64,000 bases of DNA, from NCBI GenBank assembly GCA_040954595.2, contig CM082576.2, positions 18,647,028 to 18,711,027 on the forward strand, given 5' to 3'. The position numbers and the translations under genes are program-made. Shown here piece after piece: positions 51,318 through 64,000 of this stretch (positions within the stretch are counted from its first letter, which is position 1; each line of letters opens with the position of its first letter). The stretch is from Balanoglossus misakiensis. Its lineage: Eukaryota > Animalia > Hemichordata. The notes under the pieces were generated by a model. The model ran no database searches, was not told where the DNA came from, and worked only from the letters and a program-made list of their open reading frames with translations.

Positions 51318-52076
51318 CTGATTTCTAGTAACACAACTTATGGGGGCGCTCTTTCTAATGCTACTGACAAACTTTTGTTATGAGGGCGCAATTCAGGTTT
51401 CGGCGTGCGAATTTCTTTTACATGCATGACAAAATATATTTTCAGAAAGCGAAATATTTTTTTCTTCGCGGCGGAAATGAAGCTATCCCACAATTCCCGT
51501 AAATGAGGACGTTACAGGAGTGCATAAATCCAACAAACACATGAGATGGCTATCTATCCACAGTGCAATGTTTACAGATTGTATCTACTATACTACGACC
51601 CGGGCAGACAAATCCGGACAATCTCGCCGACGTATCGTAGACCTTTGAATGACGCTGTCGATCAAATTGAATACAAGATCTAGGGGAGTCGGTCCGTGGG
51701 AGAAATCGGCCAGGTGCGAACTTGGCTCGTAGGATCGTTTAAATTAAAGTCCTTTAAATTATGTTTCGTGTATGCTTCACATTTTACGTGTACAGTAAAC
51801 CACAGTGCTGCTCTGTCCCTGTCCCTAGGCAGTTTGTGGAGTGACCGTGGTACAGTCGCCGCCGTTTAATCAGGACACCATGAGTTATATATAGCCGCTC
51901 TAGAAAACATGACCTCAGACAGGTCCCTCAGGACCGTGCCTCCAATTCAACGATCACGTAGATGGACGCGCTGCCGCTTATGAGGTCACCGGGGAGCTTT
52001 CCAAAGTGGTCGCGTGGAGCTGCTTCAGTCCGTCCTCGACGTGAAACACCCGAAATTGGAAGGGATAGCCGGTTAA

Positions 52077-52424
52077 AGGGACAAAGTCTCTCTCTCGCTG
52101 GCCTTTTTCCATTAATTATGTTTGATACAAGACGCCGTTTATGTTATTCTACATGTGGATATATGGTGAATCAACATTCGACCACACACAACTTCCATCT
52201 CGTTTGTAGGATATAAGAGTAAAACCTCGCCCAAAATGAATAAATTGTAAAAAACAAATATTCATTATGGCGAGTTTTTTTCACTCTCCTGTCTATAAGA
52301 GGTATGGAAGTTGTGTGTGGTTGAATGTTCATTCACTATGTATCCACATGTAGAATAACAAACGTTGTCTTTTATCAAATATAATTAATGGCAAAAAGGG
52401 CAGCGAGAGAGAGACTTTGTCCCT
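52077..52424. mobile_element. Kolobok-type fold-back MITE, copy 2
   Basis: TTAA|AGGGACAAAGTCTCTCTCTCGCTG...CAGCGAGAGAGAGACTTTGTCCCT|TTAA. Confidence 0.9.
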
Positions 52425-53278
52425 TTAATCGAATTTAAAGGACTTTAATTTAAACGATCCTACGAGCCAAGTTCGCACCTGGCCGATTTCTCCCACGGAC
52501 CGACTCCCCTGGATCTTGTATTCGATTCGATCGACAGCGTCATTTAAAGGTCTACGATGGCGGCGAGATTGTCCGGATTTGTCTGCCCGGGTCGTAGTAG
52601 ATACAATCTGTAAACATTGCACTGTGGATAGATAGCCATCTCATCTGTTTGTTGGATTTATGTACTCCTGTAACGTCCTCATGTACGGGAATTGTGGGAT
52701 AGCTTCATTTCCGCCGCGAAGAATAAAATATTTTGCTTTCTGAAAATATATTTTGTCATGCATGTAAAAGAAATTCGCCCGCCGAAACCTGAATTGCGCC
52801 CTCATGAAAAAGTTTATTAGTAGCAATAGAAAGAGCGCCCCCATAAGTTGTGTAACTAGAAATTAGATAAAAATATATTTACATCTGTAAAATAAAATTT
52901 TCACCCGCGAAAAGTAATGTTACTGAAAAAAAGTTTTACAAAATTAAATATTTCTTTCCGGAAATAAAATAATTCTATGTAGTATAGATAATTTTATCTC
53001 AAGTCTTAGAAGTTTATTTTGGAAAAAAGTCTTAAAATTTTAGTCTCGGGAAAAAATAAAATTGGCTTTCGGAAATTAAACTTTTGTTCTCTAAATAGGA
53101 GTTGTGTAAAGTAAAATTATAGTTTTACTGTCAAAATTAAAAAGTTTACTCCACTGAAATTGAAATTGTGTGCGTCAAAATTATAGTTGCCTTCACGAAA
53201 ACTTTATTTTACTTTTGGGAGGAGATATTGTCTATAATTTTGAAAGTTTAACTTTCAAAATAATATTTTAGGCCTGAC

Positions 53279-55558
53279 ATGATTTTCACCCATGATTGTT
53301 TTCAAAAATCGACGAAATTTTGAGATTTTGCAAAGTCGAAAATTTGTCATTTTTTGATGATTTTCACCCATGATTTTTTTCTTTTCAAAAATCGACAAAT
53401 TTTGAGATTTTGCAAAGTCGAAAATTTGTAATTTTTTGATGTTTTTCATCCATGTTTTTTTTCACAATTCAACGAACCCATGATTGTTTTCAAAATCGAC
53501 GAAATTTTGAGATTTTGCAAGAACCCATGATTTTTTTCAAATTCGACGAAATTTTGAGATTTTGCAAAGTCGAAAATTTGTCATTTTTTGATGATTTTCA
53601 CCCATGATTTTTTGCAAAAATCGACGAACCCATGATTTTTTTCCAAAATCGACGAAATTTTGAGATTTTGCAAAGTCGAAAATTTGTCATTTTTTGATGA
53701 TTTTCATCCATGTTTTTTTTTCAAAATTCAACGAACCCATGATTTTTTTCAAAATCGACGAAATTTTGAGATTTTGCAAGAACCCATGATTTTTTTCAAA
53801 ATCTCAAAATTTCGTCGATTTTGAAAAAAATCATGGGTTCGTCGATTTTTGAAAAAAAACATGGGAGAAAATCTTCAAAAAATGGAAATTTTGTCGATTT
53901 TTGAAAAAAAAAATCATGGGTGAAAATCATCAAAAAATGACAAATTTTCGACTTTGCAAAATCTCAAAATTTCGTCGATTTTTGAGAAAAATCATGGGTG
54001 AAAATCATCAAAAAATGACAAATTTTCGACTTTGCAAAATCTCAAAATTTCATCGATTTCTGAAAAAAATCATAGGGGAAAATCATCAAAAAATGACAAA
54101 TTTTCGACTGCAAAATCTTAAAATTTCGTCAATTTTTGAAAAAAATCATGGGTAAAAATCATCAATAAATGAAAAATTTTCGACTTTGCAAAATCTCAAA
54201 ATTTCGTCGATTTTTGAAAAAAATCATGGGTGAAAATCATCAAAAAATGACAAATTTTCGACTTTGCAAAATTTTCAAAAATTCGTCGATTTTTGAAAAA
54301 AAAATGGGTTTTAGCTTATGAAAGTCATCAACAAATGACAAATTTTCGACTGCAAAATCTTAAAATTTCGTCGATTTTTGAAAAAAAATCATGTGTGAAA
54401 ATCATCAAAAAATGACAAATTTTCGACTTTGCAAGAACTTCGAGATTTTCGTCGATTTTTGAAAAAAAAAATCGTGGGGGGGGGGAAATCATAAAAAAAT
54501 GACAAATTTTCGACTTTGCAAAATCTCAAAATATCGTCGATTTTGGAAAAAAAAACATGGGTTCGTCGAAAAAAAAACATGGGTGAAAATCATCAAAAAA
54601 TGACAAATTTTCGACTTTGCAAAATCTCAAAAGTCCGTCGATTTTGAAAAAAAACATGGGTGAAAATCTTCAAAAAATGACAAATTTTCGACTTTGCAAA
54701 AACTCAAAATTTCGTCGATTTTTGGAAAAAAATGGGTGAAAATCATCAAAAATGACAAAGTTTCGACTTTGCAAAATCTCAAAATTTCATCGATTTCTGA
54801 AAAAAATCATAGGGGAAAATCATCAAAAAATGACAAATTTTCGACTGCACAATCTTAAAATTTCGTCAATTTTTGAAAAAAAATCATGGGTAAAAATCAT
54901 CAATAAATGAAAAATTTTCGACTTTGCAAAATCTCAAAATTTCGTCGATTTTTGAAAAAAATCATGGGTGAAAATCATCAAAAAATGACAAATTTTCGAC
55001 TTTGCAAAATTTTCAAAAATTCGTTGATTTTTGAAAAAAATGGGTTATAGCTTATGAAAATCATCAACAAATGACAAATTTTCGACTTTGCAAAATCTCA
55101 AAATTTCGTCGATTTTGAAAAAAATCATGGTTTCGTCGATTTTTGAAAAAAATAATGGGTGAAAATCATCAAAAAAGACAAAGTTTCGACTTTGCAAAAT
55201 CTCAAAATTTCGTCGATTTCTGAAAAAAATCATGGGTAAAATCGTCAAAAAAATGACAGATTTTCGACAGCAAAATCTTAAAATTTCGTCAATTTTTGAA
55301 AAAAAATCATGGGTAAAAATCATCAAAAAAATGACAAATTTTCGACTTTGCAAAATTTTCAAAAATTCGTCGATTTTTGAAAAAAAAAACATGGGTTCGT
55401 CCATTTTTGAAAAAAAAAACATGGGTGAAAATCATCAACAAATGACAAATGTTCAACTTTGCAAAATCTCAAAATATTGTCGATTTTTGAAAAAAAACAT
55501 GGGTTCGTCGATTTTTGAAAAAAAAAAAACATGGGTGAAAATCGTCAAAAAATGACAC
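53279..55558. repeat. Satellite B block between the two fold-back spacers, inversion at ~53797
   Basis: T-rich strand to ~53797 then A-rich strand. The junction sequence is the same as at ~42915, ~45243 and ~47803. Confidence 0.95.
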
Positions 55559-58418
55559 ATTTTTATCGTGGCCCCTACACGTCAATTTTAATTTATTATT
55601 TTGAAAGTTAAACTTTAATTTTAGATAGACAATATCTTTTCCCAAGAAGTAAACTTTAATTTTGGTGGCGGCAACTAATTTTGATGGACAAAACTTTTTG
55701 ATTTTGACAATAAAACTTTAATTTTAATTATCACAAATTTTATTTTAGAGAACCAAATTTTATTTTTCGAAAGCAAATTTTATATTTTCCAAGAATAATA
55801 TTTTAATAAGGATTTATTTTGTCCAAAATAAACAGTAACAACTTGAGATAAACTTATTCATACTACGTGGATTTTTTTTTCAAAAAGGTATGTTTTAATT
55901 TTTAAAGAAAAAGTTCATTTTGTAAAATAACAAATTATTTTTCCCAGGTGAAAATATTTTACGGAGTTAAATTTTAATTTACATTTAAATAACCTTTAAA
56001 CACTCGAGATAAAATTATATGTACTCGATGGAATTATTTAACTTTTTAAAACAAAATGTTTTTATTGCTTAAGAAAAAACAAATATTTACTAATGTTACA
56101 AATTATTTTTCCCGGGTGAAAAGTTTATTTTACAGGGATCAATTTAATTTATAACACACCATGCAGCGAACCCTCGATCGTGATTCGTCAATACGACGTC
56201 ACGTGACCTTAGTCATTTCGAACTGTTGCCTTGGGCATCAGTTCGATAGGTTTGGTGTGTTATAAAACACATGATGGCTGACATATTCGGGCAACAGTGT
56301 ATTTTTAATGACCTCGGGACTGCCAGTCACACCAAAACAGTCTGTTTTCCCTCGGGCTATGCCCTCGGGAAAACAAGACTGTTTTAGTTGTGACTAGCAG
56401 CACCCTCGGTCATCAAAATACACTGTTGCCCTCATTGTCAGTCATCATGTGTATACTGATTTCTAGTAACACAACTTATGGGGGCGCTCTTTCTAATGCT
56501 ACTGACAAACTTTTGTTATGAGGGCGCAATTCAGGTTTCGGCGTGCGAATTTCTTTTACATGCATGACAAAATATATTTTCAGAAAGCGAAATATTTTTT
56601 TCTTCGCGGCGGAAATGAAGCTATCCCACAATTCCCGTAAATGAGGACGTTACAGGAGTGCATAAATCCAACAAACACATGAGATGGCTATCTATCCACA
56701 GTGCAATGTTTACAGATTGTATCTACTATACTACGACCCGGGCAGACAAATCCGGACAATCTCGCCGACGTATCGTAGACCTTTGAATGACGCTGTCGAT
56801 CAAATTGAATACAAGATCTAGGGGAGTCGGTCCGTGGGAGAAATCGGCCAGGTGCGAACTTGGCTCGTAGGATCGTTTAAATTAAAGTCCTTTAAATTAT
56901 GTTTCGTGTATGCTTCACATTTTACGTGTACAGTAAACCACAGTGCTGCTCTGTCCCTGTCCCTAGGCAGTTTGTGGAGTGACCGTGGTACAGTCGCCGC
57001 CGTTTAATCAGGACACCATGAGTTATATATAGCCGCTCTAGAAAACATGACCTCAGACAGGTCCCTCAGGACCGTGCCTCCAATTCAACGATCACGTAGA
57101 TGGACGCGCTGCCGCTTATGAGGTCACCGGGGAGCTTTCCAAAGTGGTCGCGTGGAGCTGCTTCAGTCCGTCCTCGACGTGAAACACCCGAAATTGGAAG
57201 GGATAGCCGGTTAAAGGGACAAAGTCTCTCTCTCGCTGGCCTTTTTCCATTAATTATGTTTGATACAAGACGCCGTTTATGTTATTCTACATGTGGATAT
57301 ATGGTGAATCAACATTCGACCACACACAACTTCCATCTCGTTTGTAGGACATAAGAGTAAAACCTCGCCCAAAATGAATAAATTGTAAAAAACAAATATT
57401 CATTATGGCGAGTTTTTTTTCACTCTCCTGTCTATAAGAGGTATGGAAGTTGTGTGTGGTTGAATGTTCATTCACTATGTATCCACATGTAGAATAACAA
57501 ACGTTGTCTTTTATCAAATATAATTAATGGCAAAAAGGGCAGCGAGAGAGAGACTTTGTCCCTTTAATCGAATTTAAAGGACTTTAATTTAAACGATCCT
57601 ACGAGCCAAGTTCGCACCTGGCCGATTTCTCCCACGGACCGACTCCCCTGGATCTTGTATTCGATTCGATCGACAGCGTCATTTAAAGGTCTACGATGGC
57701 GGCGAGATTGTCCGGATTTGTCTGCCCGGGTCGTAGTAGATACAATCTGTAAACATTGCACTGTGGATAGATAGCCATCTCATCTGTTTGTTGGATTTAT
57801 GTACTCCTGTAACGTCCTCATGTACGGGAATTGTGGGATAGCTTCATTTCCGCCGCGAAGAATAAAATATTTTGCTTTCTGAAAATATATTTTGTCATGC
57901 ATGTAAAAGAAATTCGCCCGCCGAAACCTGAATTGCGCCCTCATGAAAAAGTTTATTAGTAGCAATAGAAAGAGCGCCCCAATAAGTTATGTAACTAGAA
58001 ATTAGATAAAAATATATTTACATCTGTAAAATAAAATTTTCACCCGCGAAAAGTAATGTTACTTAAAAAAAGTTTTACAAAATTAAATATTTCTTTCCGG
58101 AAATAAAATAATTCTATGTAGTATAGATAATTTTATCTCAAGTCTTAGAAGTTTATTTTGGAAAAAAGTCTTAAAATTTTAGTCTCGGGAAAAAATAAAA
58201 TTGGCTTTCGGAAATTAAACGTTTGTTCTCTAAAATAGGAGTTGTGTAAAGTAAAATTATAGTTTTACTGTCAAAATTAAAAAGTTTACTCCACTGAAAT
58301 TGAAATTGTGTGCGTCAAAATTATAGTTGCCTTCACGAAAACTTTATTTTACTTTTGGGAGGAGATATTGTCTATAATTTTGAAAGTTTAACTTTCAAAA
58401 TAATATTTTAGGCCTGAC
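55559..58418. mobile_element. Fold-back spacer, copy 2 (5,138-bp offset)
   Basis: Near-identical to 50421-53278 (ORF at 51962 recurs at 57100). Confidence 0.8.
57215..57563. mobile_element. Kolobok-type fold-back MITE, copy 3
   Basis: Same termini and TTAA duplication as copy 2. Confidence 0.9.
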
Positions 58419-61400
58419 ATGATTTTCACCCATGATTGTTTTCAAAAATCGACGAAATTTTGAGATTTTGCGAAGTCGAAAATTTGTCATTTTTTGATGA
58501 TTTTCACCCATGATTTTTTTCTTTTCAAAAATCGACAAATTTTGAGATTTTGCAAAGTCGAAAATTTGTAATTTTTTGATGATATTCACCCATGTTTTTT
58601 TCAAAAATCGACGAAATTTTGAGATTTTGCAAAGTCGAAAATTTGTCATTTTTTGATGATTTTTACCCATGGTTTTTTTTTCAAAAATCGACCAAATTTT
58701 GGGATTTTGCAAAGACGAAAATTTGTCATTTTTTGATGATTTTCACCCATGATTTTTCTCAAAAATCGACGAAATTTAGAGATTTTGCAAGGTCGAAAAT
58801 TTGTCATTTTTTGATGATTTTCACCCATGATTTTTTTCAAAAATCGACGAAATTTTGAGATTTTGTAAAGTCGAAAATTTGTCATTTTTTGATGATTTTT
58901 ACCCATGATTTTTTTTTTCAAAAATCGACTAAATTTTGGGATTTTGCAAATTCGAAAATTTGTAATTTTTTGATGATTTTCACCCATGATTTTTCTCAAA
59001 AATCGACGAAATTTTGAGATTTTGCAAAGTCGAAAATTTGTCATTTTTTGAAGATTTTCACCCATGATTTTTTTCAAAAATCGACGAAATTTGAGATTTT
59101 GCAAATTCGAAAATTTGTAATTTTTTGTTGATTTTCACCCTTTTTTTTCAAAAATCAACGAACCCATGATTTTTTTTTCAAAAATCGACAAAATTTTGAG
59201 ATTTTTCAAAGCCGAAAATTTGTCATTTTTTGATGATTTTCACCCATGATTTTTCTCAAAAATCGACGAAATTTTGAGATTTTGCAAAGTCGAAAATTTT
59301 TCATTTTTTGATAATTTTCACTCATGATTTTTTTCAAAAATCTACGAAATTTTGAGATTTTGCAAAGTCGAAAATTTGTCATTTTTTGATGATTTTCACC
59401 CATGATTTTTTTGAAAAAATCTGCGAAATTTTGAGATTTTGCAAAGTCGAACATTTCTAATTTTTTGATGATTTTCACCCATGATTTTTTTTTTCAAAAA
59501 TCGACAAAATTTTGAGATTTTGCAAAGTCGAAAATGTGTCATTTTTTGATGATTTTCACCCAAGATTTTTTTCAAAAATCGACGAAATTTGAGATTTTGC
59601 AAAGTCGAAAATTTGTCATTTTTTGATGATTTTTACCTATGATTTTTTTTTTCAAAAATCGACCAAATTTTGTGATTTTGCAAAGCCGAAAATTTGTCAT
59701 TTTTTGATGATTTTCACCCATGATTTTTCTCAAAAATCGACGAAATTTTGAGATTTTGCAAAGTCGAAAATTTTTCATTTTTTGATTATTTTCACCCATG
59801 ATTTTTTTCAAAAATCGACGAAATTTTGAGATTTTGCAAAGTCGAAAATTTTTCATTTTTTGATAATTTTCACTCACGATTTTTTTCAAAAATCTACGAA
59901 ATTTTGAGATTTTGCAAAGTCGAAAATTTGTCATTTTTTGATGATTTTCACCCATGATTTTTTTGAAAAAATCTGCGAAATTTTGAGATTTTGCAAAGTC
60001 GAAAATTTCTAATTTTTTGATGATTTTCACCCATGATTTTTTTTTTCAAAAATCGACAAAATTTTGAGATTTTGCAAAGTCGAAAATGTGTCATTTTTTG
60101 ATGATTTTCACCCAAGATTTTTTTCAAAAATCGACGAAATTTGAGATTTTGCAAAGTCGAAAATTTGTCATTTTTTGATGATTTTTACCTATGATTTTTT
60201 TTTTCAAAAATCGACCAAATTTTGAGATTTTGCAAAGCCGAAAATTTGTCATTTTTTGATGATTTTCACCCATGATTTTTCTCAAAAATCGACGAAATTT
60301 TGAGATTTTGCAAAGTCGAAAATTTTTCATTTTTTGATGATTTTCACCCATGATTTTTCTCAAAAATCGACGAAATTTTGAGATTTTGCAAAGTCGAAAA
60401 TTTGTCATTTTTTGATGATTTTCACCCATGTTTTTTTTCAAAATTGAACGAACCCATGATTTTTTTCAAAAATCGACGAAATTTTGAGATTTTGCAAAGT
60501 AGAAAATTTGTCATTTTTTGATGATTTTCACCCATGATTTTTTTCAAAAATCGACGAAATTTTGAGATTTTGCAAAGTCGAAAATTTGTCATTTTTTGAT
60601 GATTTTCACCCATGATTTTTTTTTCAAAAACCGACAAAATTTTGAGATTTTGCAAAGTCGAAAATTTGTCATTTTTTGATTATTTTCACCCATGATTTTT
60701 TTCAAAAATCGACAAAATTTTTAGATTTTGCAAAGTCGAAAATGTGTCATTTTTTGATGATTTTCACCCATGATTTTTTTGAAAAAATCTGCGAAATTTT
60801 GAGATTTTGCAAAGTCGAACATTTCTAATTTTTTGATAATTTTCACCCATGATTTTTTTTTTCAAAAATCGACAAAATTTTGAGATTTTGCAAAGTCGAA
60901 AATGTGTCATTTTTTGATGATTTTCACCCAAGATTTTTTTCAAAAATCGACGAAATTTGAGATTTTGCAAAGTCGAAAATTTGTCATTTTTTGATGATTT
61001 TTACCTATGATTTTTTTTTTCAAAAATCGACCAAATTTTGAGATTTTGCAAAGCCGAAAATTTGTCATTTTTTGATGATTTTCACCCATGATTTTTCTCA
61101 AAAATCGACGAAATTTTGAGATTTTGCAAAGTCGAAAATTTGTCATTTTTTGATGATTTTCACCCATGATTTTTTTTTCAAAAACCGACAAAATTTTGAG
61201 ATTTTGCAAAGTCGAAAATTTGTCATTTTTTGATTATTTTCACCCATGATTTTTTTCAAAAATCGACAAAATTTTTAGATTTTGCAAAGTCGAAAATGTG
61301 TCATTTTTTGATGATTTTCACCCATGATTTTTTTGAAAAAATCTGCGAAATTTTGAGATTTTGCAAAGTCGAACATTTCTAATTTTTTGATAATTTTCAC

Positions 61401-64000
61401 CCATGATTTTTTTTTTCAAAAATCGACAAAATTTTGAGATTTTGCAAAGTCGAAAATGTGTCATTTTTTGATGATTTTCACCCAAGATTTTTTTCAAAAA
61501 TCGACGAAATTTGAGATTTTGCAAAGTCGAAAATTTGTCATTTTTTGATGATTTTTACCTATGATTTTTTTTTTCAAAAATCGACCAAATTTTGAGATTT
61601 TGCAAAGCCGAAAATTTGTCATTTTTTGATGATTTTCACCCATGATTTTTCTCAAAAATCGACGAAATTTTGAGATTTTGCAAAGTCGAAAATTTGTCAT
61701 TTTTTGATGATTTTCACCCATGATTTTTTTGAAAAAATCTGCGAAATTTTGAGATTTTGCAAAGTCGAAAATTTCTAATTTTTTGATGATTTTCACCCAT
61801 GATTTTTTTTTTCAAAAATCGACAAAATTTTGAGATTTTGCAAAGTCGAAAATGTGTCATTTTTTGATGATTTTCACCCAAGATTTTTTTCAAAAATCGA
61901 CGAAATTTGAGATTTTGCAAAGTCGAAAATTTGTCATTTTTTGATGATTTTTACCTATGATTTTTTTTTTCAAAAATCGACCAAATTTTGAGATTTTGCA
62001 AAGCCGAAAATTTGTCATTTTTTGATGATTTTCACCATGATTTTTCTCAAAAATCGACGAAATTTTGAGATTTTGCAAAGTCGAAAATTTTTCATTTTTT
62101 GATGATTTTCACCCATGATTTTTCTCAAAAATCGACGAAATTTTGAGATTTTGCAAAGTCGAAAATTTGTCATTTTTTGATGATTTTCACCCATGTTTTT
62201 TTTCAAAATTGAACGAACCCATGATTTTTTTCAAAAATCGACGAAATTTTGAGATTTTGCAAAGTAGAAAATTTGTCATTTTTTGATGATTTTCACCCAT
62301 GATTTTTTTCAAAAATCGACGAAATTTTGAGATTTTGCAAAGTCGAAAATTTGTCATTTTTTGATGATTTTCACCCATGATTTTTTTTTCAAAAACCGAC
62401 AAAATTTTGAGATTTTGCAAAGTCGAAAATTTGTCATTTTTTGATTATTTTCACCCATGATTTTTTTCAAAAATCGACAAAATTTTTAGATTTTGCAAAG
62501 TCGAAAATTTGTCATTTTTTGATGATTTTCACCATGATTTTTTTTTAAAAAATCGACGAAATTTTGAGATTTTGCAAAGTCGAAAATTTGTCATTTTTTG
62601 ATGATTTTCACCCATGATTTTTTTTCAAAAATCGACGAAATTTGAGATTTTGCAAAGTCGAAAATTTGTCATTTTTTGATGATTTTCACCCATGATTTTT
62701 TTCAAAAATCGACGAAATTTTGAGATTTTGCAAATTCGAAAATTTGTAATTTTTTGATGATTTTCACCCATGTTTTTTTTCAAAAATCAACGAACCCATG
62801 ATTTTTTTTCAAAAATCGACCAAATTTTGGGATTTTGCAAAGACGAAAATTTGTCATTTTTTGATGATTTTCACCCATGATTTTTCTCAAAAATCGACGA
62901 AATGTTGAGATTTTGCAAAGTCGAAAATTTGTCATTTTTTGATGATTTTCACCCATGATTTTTTTCAAAAATCGACGAAATTTGAGATTTTGCAAATTCG
63001 AAAATTTGTAATTTTTTGTTGATTTTCACCCTTTTTTTTCAAAAATCAACGAACCCATGATTTTTTTTCAAAAATCGACAAAATTTTGAGATTTTGCATA
63101 GCCGAAAATTTGTCATTTTTTGATGATTTTCACCCATGATTTTTCTCAAAAATCGACGAAATTTTGAGATTTTGCAAAGTCGAAAATTTGTCATTTTTTG
63201 ATGATTTTCACCCATGTTTTTTTTCAAAATTGAACGAACCCATGATTTTTTTCAAAAATCGACGAAATTTTGAGATTTTGCAAAGTAGAAAATTTGTCAT
63301 TTTTTGATGATTTTCACCCATGATTTTTTTCAAAAATCGACGAAATTTGGAGATTTTGCAAAGTCGAAAATTTGTCATTTTTTGATGATTTTCACCCATG
63401 ATTTTTTTTTCAAAAACCGACAAAATTTTGAGATTTTGCAAAGTCGAAAATTTGTCATTTTTTGATTATTTTCACCCATGATTTTTTTCAAAAATCGACA
63501 AAATTTTTAGATTTTGCAAAGTCGAAAATTTGTCATTTTTTGATGATTTTCACCATGATTTTTTTTTTAAAAATCGACGAAATTTTGAGATTTTGCAAAG
63601 TCGAAAATTTGTCATTTTTTGATGATTTTCACCCATGATTTTTTTCAAAAATCGACGAAATTTGAGATTTTGCAAAGTCGAAAATTTGTCATTTTTTGAT
63701 GATTTTCACCCATGATTTTTTTCAAAAATCGACGAAATTTGAGATTTTGCAAAGTCGAAAATTTGTCATTTTTTGATGATTTTCACCCATGATTTTTTTC
63801 AAAAATCGACGAAATTTTGAGATTTTGCAAATTCGAAAATTTGTAATTTTTTGATGATTTTCACCCATGTTTTTTTTCAAAAATCAACGAACACACATGA
63901 TTTTTTTTCAAAAATCGACCAAATTTTGGGATTTTGCAAAGACGAAAATTTGTCATTTTTTGATGATTTTCACCCATGATTTTTCTCAAAAATCGACGAA
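58419..64000. repeat. Satellite B, uniform-orientation block running off the window, with local ~552-bp (7-mer) higher-order repeats
   Basis: Near-identical shadow ORFs at 59396/59948 and 60764/61318; larger repeat 60422 to 62187. Confidence 0.97.

Larger units (their letters stand above)
50421..53278. mobile_element. Fold-back spacer (long imperfect inverted arms around a short loop), copy 1
   Basis: 50450-51005 is inverted versus 52870-53270, and 51322-51760 is inverted versus 52430-52865. The flanking satellite is in opposite orientations on the two sides. Confidence 0.8.

Noticed and set aside
41498-63441. Lys-rich repeat ORFs (KKIMGENHQKMTNFRLCKISKFRRFL)n
   Set aside because: They are the shadow of a 78-bp satellite, and homopolymer length changes shift frame constantly.

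Overview
AT-rich, repeat-dominated eukaryotic DNA with no recognisable host gene. It is probably (peri)centromeric or heterochromatic sequence from a marine invertebrate, which I infer only from the repeat families present. Layout: (i) 1-17.2 kb, a ~196-bp satellite with higher-order repeats, interrupted by a tandem dimer of a Helentron-type non-autonomous element; (ii) 17.2-41.5 kb, a patchwork of a SINE, MITEs, local duplications and a decayed Gmr1-type Gypsy LTR retrotransposon (LTR, tRNA-Pro PBS, gag-PR-INT-RT); (iii) 41.5-64 kb, a ~78-bp A-tract satellite that repeatedly flips orientation and flanks two copies of a ~2.9-kb fold-back spacer. The standout is a 5,466-bp DNA transposon (27318-32783) inserted in the Gypsy pol, with CACT...AGTG termini, a 3-bp TSD (ACA) and bipartite RSS-like ends. 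It carries a spliced RAG1/Transib-like DDE transposase and a convergent, intact 216-aa ORF that is not RAG2-like, i.e. a ProtoRAG-like layout with a different partner gene. All family assignments come from visual motif recognition; no searches were run.
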